Assembly (NCBI GenBank): GCA_040905565.1
Contig: JBBDRF010000029.1
Location: 19,662 to 43,997 of the forward strand
From: Phycisphaeraceae bacterium
GTDB taxonomy: Bacteria > Planctomycetota > Phycisphaerae > Phycisphaerales > Zrk34
Reading direction: 5' to 3'
Length of the DNA: 24,336 bases
The position numbers and the translations under genes were made by a program. The notes beneath the pieces are model-generated. The model saw only the letters and a list, made by a program, of their open reading frames with translations. It was not told the origin of the DNA and did no database searches. Shown here piece after piece: positions 9,876-18,033 of the stretch; position 1 is the first letter of the stretch, and each line of letters opens with the position of its first letter.

Positions 9876-11483
9876 TCATTGGCGTTGCAGCAGTGCGTTG
9901 GCGCGGAGGGTGTCTTCCTCTTCGCCGCCGTACACTTGCACGCTCATGCCCTCGTAGTGATCGAGGACACCGGCCAGCAGCGTCAGGCCCTTGATCACGC
10001 GGCCGGGCTTCGTGTTCGGCTCATCACGCTCAGCATCGTCCAGCCACTGCGGCTCGCGAGCACCGGCGTAAGCCACCCAAGTCCGCACGTGAGCCGCAAG
10101 CTCAGGGGCACGCAGGAAGCTGGTCGCGATGGGCCGCTCGGGAGCAGCGAGGTTCATCTTCGTCACGTCCGCACTGGTATCGATACGCCAGGCGTTGTCG
10201 CTGTCGGCGTTGATGCACCACTCAAAATACTGAGCGTTCGTCGTCACCACGTACCAGTCGCCGATGCGGCCGAACGAAACCTGCGCCGCGCCCGCCAGGC
10301 TGGGCTCGCCAAGCTGCTGAGCGAGCGGCGTGCCGACGTCCGCCGAGCGAAACGTAACGCCTTCATGCTCAACCGTCATCAGCTCGATGGGGTCCACTTC
10401 CATCTGCATCGTGGCGACGTTCGCGAACATCAGCATGTTCTGCATCGCGCGGTCGAGTTCTTCGGCAACGCTCTGATCGCGGAGCTTAATGGCGATGCCG
10501 AGCACCGGAGCGCTGAAGGCCGCCCGCGGGACGAGTTCTTCGCCTTTGACTTCGCCGAGGAACGTGACGATCGGCGCACCGAGTTTCGGCAGCACATCAC
10601 CTTCATAGGTGGCGTTGCCGAGCAGCCGATCCATCAGGGCGACGAAGCCGGCGTCGGGTTTATCGTCGCGCAGGTTCAGCGTGGTCGCGGAAATGGTCTG
10701 ACGCGGCAGCGGGCCGAACTCAAGAGCCTCAGCATCGGAAACACGCGAGAGCAGCTGCGAAGTCTCATCGCTCTGGCCTGCGTAACGCAGTTCCAGTCGA
10801 CCTTCTTCACGCTCCACCGCAGCGGCGTGGATCTGGTTCTTGTCCGGATCCTGCACGAACATCCGCGCGAAGCTACCGTCGGCGACTTTGCCGATCCACT
10901 GCTGAAACACCGGCGAGTCGGCGAGCGTCTCGGCCTGACCGATGCTGCCGAGCAGACGCTGAATGTAGTCCTCGTGAGCGGGGTCGCCCATGGCCATCCA
11001 GCCGTCGCCGAAGGCGAGCCGGCCCAGTCCGTCGGCGGTGTGGTACAGCTCGAACGCGCCCGGCTCAGCGACGCGCTGAAGGTCCAGCCGTTCAATGGCG
11101 AGCTCGGCATCGTCCTCAGAAACGCGCGAGAGCATCACGCCGGGGCCGCCTTCTTGCGTCCCTTCGCCGACGATGACCAACTGCTGCCCGAAGTAACGAT
11201 CGAACAGTTGCTCACCGCTCATCCCCATCGCATCCTGCACGGCACGCCAGGCGGCGGGCTCGCGCTTGGCGGGCGTGTGCTCACGCAGGTAGTTGATGAG
11301 CGGATCCTGCTCAAGCTCACGGCGGACCTGTGCGAGGTCATCAAGCTCAATGAAGACGCCGCTGTCCGCGGGCGCCAGAGCGGCGCCCTCCTCGGGTAGC
11401 TCAGCGAGGGCCGGTTTGGCCGCAAGGGTTAACGCTCCAGTCAGGACGCACAACAGCGTCCAACGCATGGGTTGCGTGGTCAT
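9876..11483 (-). CDS. Exported acidic hypothetical protein (535 aa)
   Basis: AAAGGA SD before ATG 11483; Sec-type signal MTTQPMRWTLLCVLTGALTLAAKPALA; no recognisable catalytic motif. Confidence 0.85.
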   Translation of the reverse strand: MTTQPMRWTLLCVLTGALTLAAKPALAELPEEGAALAPADSGVFIELDDLAQVRRELEQDPLINYLREHTPAKREPAAWRAVQDAMGMSGEQLFDRYFGQQLVIVGEGTQEGGPGVMLSRVSEDDAELAIERLDLQRVAEPGAFELYHTADGLGRLAFGDGWMAMGDPAHEDYIQRLLGSIGQAETLADSPVFQQWIGKVADGSFARMFVQDPDKNQIHAAAVEREEGRLELRYAGQSDETSQLLSRVSDAEALEFGPLPRQTISATTLNLRDDKPDAGFVALMDRLLGNATYEGDVLPKLGAPIVTFLGEVKGEELVPRAAFSAPVLGIAIKLRDQSVAEELDRAMQNMLMFANVATMQMEVDPIELMTVEHEGVTFRSADVGTPLAQQLGEPSLAGAAQVSFGRIGDWYVVTTNAQYFEWCINADSDNAWRIDTSADVTKMNLAAPERPIATSFLRAPELAAHVRTWVAYAGAREPQWLDDAERDEPNTKPGRVIKGLTLLAGVLDHYEGMSVQVYGGEEEDTLRANALLQRQ

Positions 11484-11554
11484 GATCGCATTCCTTTCGA
11501 AGGCTTTTGAAGCCTTGGGTGAATCGGGAGTTTGTTCCAAGCCTGGAAGTTGTC

Positions 11555-12127
11555 TCAGCTTCGTCGGCCGTCTCCGTTGGTTTGATCTGCTGGGCTAAGG
11601 TTCGGCCCGAGCCAGCTTCCGCCGAGCAGGCTCGTCGCGTCTTCCCAGGCACGGCGAACCTGCTGGGGCCGTTCTTCAATCTGTTTGCTGATGTCCTGCA
11701 TGAGCACGCCGACGGGGTCGCGTGGGTGCTCCGCGAGCATGTCGGAGCTCCCGCCCGCCTGCATCGGCCCTTCCGAGCCGCCCTCACGCCCCGCGAGCCA
11801 GCCGATGCATACCGCCAGCACCAACGCCGCGGCAATGCCCCACCATCGGCTGATGTTCAAAGGCCTCTGCCGCTTCGGCTGCGGCGCATCACTCAAGCTG
11901 AGCGATGGGGCCTCGGCAGGAGCGTCGGGTATCGCGACCTTTTCCCACTGCTCCAGCACGCCCTGCCTGAACGCGGCGGCATCGGGCAGCGGCTCGGCGG
12001 CCTCGTTGTGGAGCACGTCCAGCCACCGCGTCTCGGCTTCCCACAAAGGTTGCTGATCGGCGGGGATATTCGAGCCGTCGGTCGTATCGCGATGGTCGTC
12101 CCAGGATGGTTGGGTTGGTTGGTTCAT
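11555..12127 (-). CDS. Putative membrane anti-sigma factor
   Basis: ATGA overlap with the ECF sigma gene; single TM segment WWGIAAALVLAVCIGWLA. Function inferred from position and topology. Confidence 0.7.
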   Translation of the reverse strand: MNQPTQPSWDDHRDTTDGSNIPADQQPLWEAETRWLDVLHNEAAEPLPDAAAFRQGVLEQWEKVAIPDAPAEAPSLSLSDAPQPKRQRPLNISRWWGIAAALVLAVCIGWLAGREGGSEGPMQAGGSSDMLAEHPRDPVGVLMQDISKQIEERPQQVRRAWEDATSLLGGSWLGPNLSPADQTNGDGRRS

Positions 12128-12759
12128 GTGTCGGTCTCCGCAAGATGGCCAAGCATGGCCCGCAAGCCTGCCCTTCCCCGGTGTAGATGACTTTTGACGG
12201 TGTTCGTAGGCACGCCCATGACGTCCGCCGTTTCCCGAATGCTCAGCCCCTGCTGATGGAACAGCAGCACCGCTTCACGCTGCGCGTTCGGCAACTCGGC
12301 GATGGCGGCATCGAGCGCATGCCGCAGCTGGTGGTTCTGCTCGTCGTCGGCGACGCGGTCACCGGGATCGTCCACCGGCGAGACGGCTCCGTCGCCGCTC
12401 TGCCAGGCGTCGCCCCCGATCGTGCGGCCCCGCGTGCGGCCGTGGTTGATCGAAAGCCGCCTTGCGATCGTGAGAAGCCACGTCCGCATCGTGTAGCGAT
12501 CGTCGTAGTTGCCGGCATAACGCAGCATCCTCACGAAAGTTTCCTGCGCCAGATCGTCAGCCGTGGCGCTGCATCGCGTGAGCCTTCTGAGGAAGTGACG
12601 CACCATCGTCTGGTAACGCTCGACAAGCAGCCCCGCTGCCTGGCGGTCGCCGTGGCCGGCGCGCCGCGCCAGTTCCGAGTCGCTGGTGAGGCCGACTTCG
12701 CCTGCCGCATCGCCCACACGGGCGTTTTCGTCGGTTGTCATGAGTCGGTTCACATCCAT
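12124..12759 (-). CDS. ECF-type RNA polymerase sigma factor
   Basis: Region 2 ADDLAQETFVR and WLLTIARR; region 4 LPNAQREAVLL...GLSIRETADVMGVPTNTVKSHLHRGR. Confidence 0.95.
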   Translation of the reverse strand: MDVNRLMTTDENARVGDAAGEVGLTSDSELARRAGHGDRQAAGLLVERYQTMVRHFLRRLTRCSATADDLAQETFVRMLRYAGNYDDRYTMRTWLLTIARRLSINHGRTRGRTIGGDAWQSGDGAVSPVDDPGDRVADDEQNHQLRHALDAAIAELPNAQREAVLLFHQQGLSIRETADVMGVPTNTVKSHLHRGRAGLRAMLGHLAETDT

Positions 12760-12912
12760 GGTTACCCACCGATCGTCCCCGGGTTGCAGGCGCTGGGCGG
12801 ACTGCGGCCGAAATTTCCGACACCCTCCATCCTATCCGCCCGCACAACCCGCGCCCGATGCCCACGTCGTGACGCCGTGGGTACACCCGCTGCCACCGAC
12901 CACTGACCTGCT

Positions 12913-13482
12913 TCATCGCCGCAGCAGATGCACGGTCATCATGTTATAGGTTTCGCTGTCGACGTTCGGCCAGCGCTCGAAGGCGGGCAGTTCGACATCA
13001 CGCGGCGTACGCAGCACCAGCACCGCCTGCGCGTCGGCCACATCGGCGAAGCGTTCGATCTGCTCCCACACGCGTTGCTGCTGGGTGGGATGCTGCACCA
13101 TCGGGTAGGGCGGATCGACAAACAACAGCGTGAACCGCCGTTCGTCCACGGCCTGAATCAGCCCGCGGCCCAGTGCATCCATCCGAAGAATCTTCGCCTG
13201 CTCATGCTGCCCGATCGCATGAAGGTTTTTCTCCAGCCGGCTTGAAGCATCACGATCTCGCTCGACGAAGGTCACGTGAGCAGCTCCGCGTGAAAGGCAC
13301 TCCAGCCCCATCGAACCGGTGCCTGCGAACACGTCGGCCACCACGGCATCTTCAAGCCGATCAGCCGCGGCGAGACGATCGAAAAGCGATTGCTTCACAC
13401 GATCGGTGATCGGCCGAGTCGTCTTGGCGTCGGCAGGACCGAGGATGCTGCGACCGCGATGTTGTCCAGCAATGATGCGCAT
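12913..13482 (-). CDS. rsmD: 16S rRNA m2G966 methyltransferase
   Basis: MRIIAGQHRGR, TRPITDRVKQSLF, DVFAGTGSMGLECLSRGA and FVDPPY motifs. Confidence 0.93.
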   Translation of the reverse strand: MRIIAGQHRGRSILGPADAKTTRPITDRVKQSLFDRLAAADRLEDAVVADVFAGTGSMGLECLSRGAAHVTFVERDRDASSRLEKNLHAIGQHEQAKILRMDALGRGLIQAVDERRFTLLFVDPPYPMVQHPTQQQRVWEQIERFADVADAQAVLVLRTPRDVELPAFERWPNVDSETYNMMTVHLLRR

Positions 13483-13544
13483 GACAACCTTAGTGTAATG
13501 GCAACGGAGCGGGGGGCGTAATGAGGCGCGTGGTCCCGTTGACA

Positions 13545-13671
13545 ACGAGCCGCGCACGTAAGTAAGCGGTTGTGCGTGCGAACTCGGCGTAACGCCATGA
13601 CGCGTCCCCCCCACTCCCCCTCGCTTCCACGACTGTTTGGACACAACCGCTCCCTTACGGTCGCGGCTCGT
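13545..13671. repeat. Family B REP-like inverted doublet (13545-13570 +, 13646-13671 -)
   Basis: ACGAGCCGCGCACGTAAGTAAGCGGT and reverse-strand ACGAGCCGCGACCGTAAGGGAGCGGT. Confidence 0.88.
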
Positions 13672-13693
13672 ATTCCGACGCCCGCCGACAGAT

Positions 13694-14479
13694 TCAGCTT
13701 GCCACGAGATACGCGACGTAGGCGTGCATGTCGTCGGTGTCCAGATCGCCGAAGCCGTCTTCAGTTTCAAAGCTCACGTGCAGATCATCGAAGCCGACTT
13801 CCAGCAGCGCTTCGCGGAGTTCCGCGATCGACCACAGCCGCCAGTCGTAGGTGAAGGCTTTGCGTTTCTTCGAGCCGTCTGGGAAGACGAAGTGGATGTG
13901 ATTGACGACGCGGTTGTTGAGCGGGTCGAAGCTGGCTTGTTCCCACTGATAGATGAAGTCGCCGTGGTCGCGTTCGTCGGTGCCGATTTCGTAGGAGCCG
14001 GGGCCGCCGTAGGCGTCGAGCACGAAGATGCCGTCGGGCTTGAGACAGCGGCGGGCGTGGCGGAAGTAGCTCAGCAGGTCGGCTCGAGTGTGGTAGATGT
14101 AATGCGAAAAGTTCAGCGAGGTCAGCACGTCGGCCTTCGCAGCGGACTTGCGGACATCGCTCTCGATCAGCTTCAGCCGTTTGCCCGCTTCGCCGAGCGC
14201 GCTGCGGTTGTGCCGCTCGGCATAGGCGATCATCTTCGGATCGATCTCCACCGCCACGGCTTTCCGCTCCGGGCTGCTGCACACCCACGTCGCCGCGAGG
14301 TTGGCCGTGCCTGCGAAATCTTCACGCAGCGTGATCGGCTCACGCCCCGCGATCTGCTCATACGCCTGCGAAAGAAATTCGGTCATCAGCACCGGCTGCT
14401 GCACCGCCAGTTCGTAAAGCTGATGACGGTTCGCGCGACGTGCCGTGAAGCCTGCGGAGTCTGTTGGCGTTGGTGACAT
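13694..14479 (-). CDS. Class I SAM-dependent methyltransferase, paralog 1 (substrate unknown)
   Basis: LREDFAGTA motif I, AVEID, ESDVR, RRCLKPDGIFVLD and YDWRLW. Confidence 0.88.
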   Translation of the reverse strand: MSPTPTDSAGFTARRANRHQLYELAVQQPVLMTEFLSQAYEQIAGREPITLREDFAGTANLAATWVCSSPERKAVAVEIDPKMIAYAERHNRSALGEAGKRLKLIESDVRKSAAKADVLTSLNFSHYIYHTRADLLSYFRHARRCLKPDGIFVLDAYGGPGSYEIGTDERDHGDFIYQWEQASFDPLNNRVVNHIHFVFPDGSKKRKAFTYDWRLWSIAELREALLEVGFDDLHVSFETEDGFGDLDTDDMHAYVAYLVAS

Positions 14480-14600
14480 GGCGGGATCATACCAGACTCG
14501 AACGGCGATCTGCGATCATCCCCCAAGTCCCCGCTGCCTTGCACGGTGGCGGCGAGGGCTTACACTTCGTCACTTCCCCCAAGTCAGTGAGAGCAACGCC

Positions 14601-15428
14601 ATGGCCCGCAAAACTACGCGCACCCGCAAACCCACCATGGCCGACCAGGCCGACAAGTACGAGCTTTACCTCGCCTCGGTGCAGGAGCCTTCCGTCGAAG
14701 TCGCCTTCTTCGATCGCGTATTCCGCAAGGAGTACAAGCGACCGCCGATGCTGCTGCGTGAGGATTTCGCCGGCACCGCCGCCGTCTGCTACGAATGGGT
14801 CCAGAGCAAGCCTGATCGCAAAGCCATCGCGGTCGATCTCGATCCCGAACCGCTGACCTGGGGCCAGGAGCATCTCGCGCCGAAGCTGCCCGAAGGCAAG
14901 GCCAAGAACGTGACCATCCTCGAGCAGGATGTCCGCAAGGTGAACCCCAAGAAGGCCGACGTGCTGGCCGCTCAGAACTTCTCGTTCTACATCTTCCAGA
15001 CCCGCAAGGAACTGCTGGAATACTTCAAAGCCGCCCGTCGCAACCTCGCCAAGGAAGGCGTGATGGTGCTCGACATGGTCGGCGGCCCCGAGGCCATGGA
15101 AGAAGACCGCGAAGAAAAGCAGCGCAAGAAGGGCTTCACCTACGTCTGGGAACAAACCACGTTCAACCCGATCGACCACCGCGCCAAGTTCTACATCAGC
15201 TTCCGCTTCCGCGACGGCAGTGAACTTCGCCGAATCTTCGACTACGATTGGCGTCTGTGGATGATGCCCGAGGTTCGCGAGGCGTTGCTGGAAGCGGGCT
15301 TCAGCCGGGCCGACGTCTACTGGGAAGGCACCGACCGCGAGACCGGCGAAGGCAACGGCGTCTACACCCGCCGCGAACGGGCCGACAGTGACGACGCGTG
15401 GATCGCCTACATCGTCGCCGTGAAATAA
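14601..15428 (+). CDS. Class I SAM-dependent methyltransferase, paralog 2 (substrate unknown)
   Basis: LREDFAGTA, AVDLD, EQDVR, RRNLAKEGVMVLD and YDWRLW. ATG 14601 aligns with the start of paralog 1. Confidence 0.88.
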   Translation: MARKTTRTRKPTMADQADKYELYLASVQEPSVEVAFFDRVFRKEYKRPPMLLREDFAGTAAVCYEWVQSKPDRKAIAVDLDPEPLTWGQEHLAPKLPEGKAKNVTILEQDVRKVNPKKADVLAAQNFSFYIFQTRKELLEYFKAARRNLAKEGVMVLDMVGGPEAMEEDREEKQRKKGFTYVWEQTTFNPIDHRAKFYISFRFRDGSELRRIFDYDWRLWMMPEVREALLEAGFSRADVYWEGTDRETGEGNGVYTRRERADSDDAWIAYIVAVK

Positions 15429-15439
15429 TCAGGCCACGA

Positions 15440-15571
15440 ACGAGCCGCGACCGTAAGGGAGCGGTCCGGCCTCGGCTATCGTCAAGGTTGCCACGCGGAC
15501 CACGCCTCGACGCAGCGTCGCGACTTCCCAAATTTTCCGGGATAAACCGCTCCCTCACGGTCGCGGCTCGT
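15440..15571. repeat. Family B REP-like inverted doublet (15440-15465 +, 15546-15571 -)
   Basis: ACGAGCCGCGACCGT(A/G)AGGGAGCGGT in both orientations. Confidence 0.9.
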
Positions 15572-15608
15572 TGCCCGGCCGTCGCAAAACAGTAGCACGA
15601 GCACCACC

Positions 15609-16940
15609 ATGAAATTCCAGGCACCCAAAGGCACCCGCGATTACTACCCCGACGAAATGGCCTGGCGGCGGCACCTCGAAGATGCCTGGCGCAGCGTCTC
15701 CATCCGCAACGGGTTCGACGAAATCGACGGCCCCATCTTCGAATCCCTCGATCTCTACAAAGCCAAGAGCGGCGAGGGCATCGTCGCCGAGCTCTTCCAC
15801 TTCCGTGACCGAGGCGACCGCGAACTCGCCATCCGCCCCGAGTTCACGCCCACGCTTGCCCGCATGGTCGCCAGCCGCGCCAACACCCTGCCCAAGCCGA
15901 TCAAGTGGTTCTGCATGCCCAACCTCTGCCGGGCCGAACGCCCGCAGCGCGGCCGCCTCCGTGAGTTCCTCCAGTGGAACGTCGACATGCTCGGCCTGGA
16001 TACCCCCGCCGCCGACGCGGAAGTCATCTACACCGCCATCGATCTGCTTCGCGAACTCGGCCTCGAACCTCACCACGTGAAGGTCAAGATCAGCCACCGA
16101 GGCGTCGTCCGCCGTATCCTCGTCCGACTCGGCGTGCCCGAAGATCGCATCGAAGATGCCTTCGAACTGTTGGATCGTCGCGACAAACTCCCCGCTGAGG
16201 AATTCGCCAAGCAGGCCGGCGAACTCGGGCTCGATGAGAACACCATCGAACGCTTCAATCAGGTCGCCCGCGTCCACTACTCCGCCGACGGGGCGTGGGG
16301 GCAGATCAAGACGCGTTTCAGCGTCCCCGACGAAGACCTGCAAGACCTTGAAGCCCTGCACACCCAGCTCAAAGCGTTCGGCATCGCCGAGTGGTGCGAG
16401 TATGACCTGGGCATCGTGCGAGGCCTCGCTTACTACACCGGCACCGTGTTCGAGATTCACGAAGTGAGCGGAGCCGAGCGCGCCATCGCAGGCGGCGGCC
16501 GATACGACAAGCTCATCGAAGTTTTCGACGGTCCGCCCACCGCCGCGGTCGGCTTCGGCATGGGCGACGTGGTCCTCTCGCTGGTGCTCGCCGACAAGGG
16601 CCTGCTGCCCGAAGAGGTCGGGCCCGCCGCGGATGTGTTCGTCTTCGCCGCGGAGGAAGAGGCCCGCACGCTGGTCGCCCCCCTGGTGGCGAAGCTGCGC
16701 AGCCTCGGCCTCCACGCACGCTTCACCTATCGCACCACCACGAACGTCGGCAAATTACTCAAAGAAGCAGGCAACAGCCGGGCGCGATTCGCCGCCATCC
16801 TCGACGGCCGAACCGTCAGCGATTCGCTCGTGTCCCTCAAGGATCTCCAGACCGGCGAGCAAAGCGAGACCACGGTCCAGCAACTCGCGGAGAAGCTGCA
16901 GCCCCGAAACCTCAGCCCTTGCAGCGAGCCGAAAGCGTAA
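15609..16940 (+). CDS. hisS: Histidine--tRNA ligase
   Basis: PKGTRDY, IRPEFTPTLAR, RAERPQRGRLREFLQ, VRGLAYYTG, GGGRYD and AVGFGMG motifs. Confidence 0.98.
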   Translation: MKFQAPKGTRDYYPDEMAWRRHLEDAWRSVSIRNGFDEIDGPIFESLDLYKAKSGEGIVAELFHFRDRGDRELAIRPEFTPTLARMVASRANTLPKPIKWFCMPNLCRAERPQRGRLREFLQWNVDMLGLDTPAADAEVIYTAIDLLRELGLEPHHVKVKISHRGVVRRILVRLGVPEDRIEDAFELLDRRDKLPAEEFAKQAGELGLDENTIERFNQVARVHYSADGAWGQIKTRFSVPDEDLQDLEALHTQLKAFGIAEWCEYDLGIVRGLAYYTGTVFEIHEVSGAERAIAGGGRYDKLIEVFDGPPTAAVGFGMGDVVLSLVLADKGLLPEEVGPAADVFVFAAEEEARTLVAPLVAKLRSLGLHARFTYRTTTNVGKLLKEAGNSRARFAAILDGRTVSDSLVSLKDLQTGEQSETTVQQLAEKLQPRNLSPCSEPKA

Positions 16941-16954
16941 GCGACCGGAATCCA

Positions 16955-17066
16955 GGGTGCCCCGGCCAGCGAGCGAAGCGAGACGGCCGGGTTTCCCGAA
17001 CGCGCTCCGACGTCCCCGCGTAAAGTCGCCTCCCCGCCCGGCCGTCTTGCGCTGGCCGGGGCACCC
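16955..17066. repeat. Family A REP-like inverted doublet (long 16955-16991 +, short 17037-17066 -)
   Basis: GGGTGCCCCGGCC...GGCCGGG in both copies; 45-nt spacer. Confidence 0.9.
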
Positions 17067-17085
17067 ATGAGCGGAGTCACCACCC

Positions 17086-17991
17086 ATGCGATTCGTACTC
17101 ATCGGCGACATGCACGTCTATCGGCTCTACGTCCAACCCTGGGAGCTGCTCTCCAAACGGGTGATGGGTCAGGTGAACCTGTGGACCAACCGCCGATTCC
17201 GCTTTCGCATGTCGCTGCTGGGCGAACTCATCGAACGCGCCAAAACGTTCAACCCCGACATGCTCCTCAGCAGCGGCGACTTCACGACCACGTCCCTGCT
17301 CAGCGAATTTGCCAAGGCCAAGAAGGTGCTGCAGCCGCTGCTCGATGAGCGCCCCGCCTTCGTCGTGCCCGGCAATCACGATCGCTACACCACCTTCGCG
17401 ATGCGCCGCAGAGCCTTCGAACGCTTCTTCCATGACCACACCGCCAAGCACTGGCCTCACCATCAGAAGCTCAGCGACAAGCTGCACCTGATCGGGCTGG
17501 ATATCGCCAAGCCGACCTGGCTGTTCGCCGGCACCACCATCAGCGATCGGCAACTCGCCGGCCTGCGGCAGAAGCTCGCAGCCATCGAGCCGGACGCGCG
17601 CGTCATCATCGTCTGCCATTATCCCATCGGCACCCCCGCCGACCGCCTGCCCGAACGCCCCTCGCATGCCTTGCACAACGCCGAGGCCCTGACGGCGGTG
17701 CTCGCCGAATCGCCACAGCAGATGCTTTATCTGCACGGCCACGTGCATGAGCCGTGGTGCTATCAGGTGGAAGCGGCGCCGAACGTCGTGGCGGTGAACG
17801 CGGGGGCGCCGGTGATGACCGGACTGACCTGGCCGATGGGGCAGGGGCTCTGGGAGATCGAGGTCAATGAAACGGGTTGGCACCTGGCGCACCACGCGCG
17901 CGATGCCGAGGGCGCATGGCGACGCGCCGCCGTGGCGACCCCCGATGAGCCCGGCCAGGTCGCCGTCGTCGAGCCCCCACCGACGGATTGA
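17086..17991 (+). CDS. Calcineurin-like metallophosphoesterase
   Basis: GDMH, SGDFT, PGNHD, CHYP and HGHVH motifs; GGAG SD. Confidence 0.92.
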   Translation: MRFVLIGDMHVYRLYVQPWELLSKRVMGQVNLWTNRRFRFRMSLLGELIERAKTFNPDMLLSSGDFTTTSLLSEFAKAKKVLQPLLDERPAFVVPGNHDRYTTFAMRRRAFERFFHDHTAKHWPHHQKLSDKLHLIGLDIAKPTWLFAGTTISDRQLAGLRQKLAAIEPDARVIIVCHYPIGTPADRLPERPSHALHNAEALTAVLAESPQQMLYLHGHVHEPWCYQVEAAPNVVAVNAGAPVMTGLTWPMGQGLWEIEVNETGWHLAHHARDAEGAWRRAAVATPDEPGQVAVVEPPPTD

Positions 17992-18033
17992 ATGGCGGGC
18001 ATCGAAGCCCACGGCGTCAAGCCGTGGGTCCCC

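Noticed and set aside
13483..13770. N-terminal extension of rsmD, and ORFs sharing SRDRKGA / RSLTVAAR / APLRSRL peptides (also 13570..13854, 15398..15595, 8165..9178)
   Set aside because: These peptides are translations of the family B DNA repeat, not a protein domain.
13694..15428. Methyltransferase pair as a restriction-modification system or as glycine-betaine GSMT/SDMT
   Set aside because: There is no DPPY/NPPY or PC catalytic motif and no nuclease, and I do not recognise GSMT/SDMT-specific similarity.
7144..15549. GAGTTCCCCG (7144-7153) and GGGATAAACCG (15539-15549) resemble the ends of type I-E CRISPR repeats
   Set aside because: They are isolated 10-11-mers 8 kb apart, with no repeat-spacer periodicity and no cas genes.
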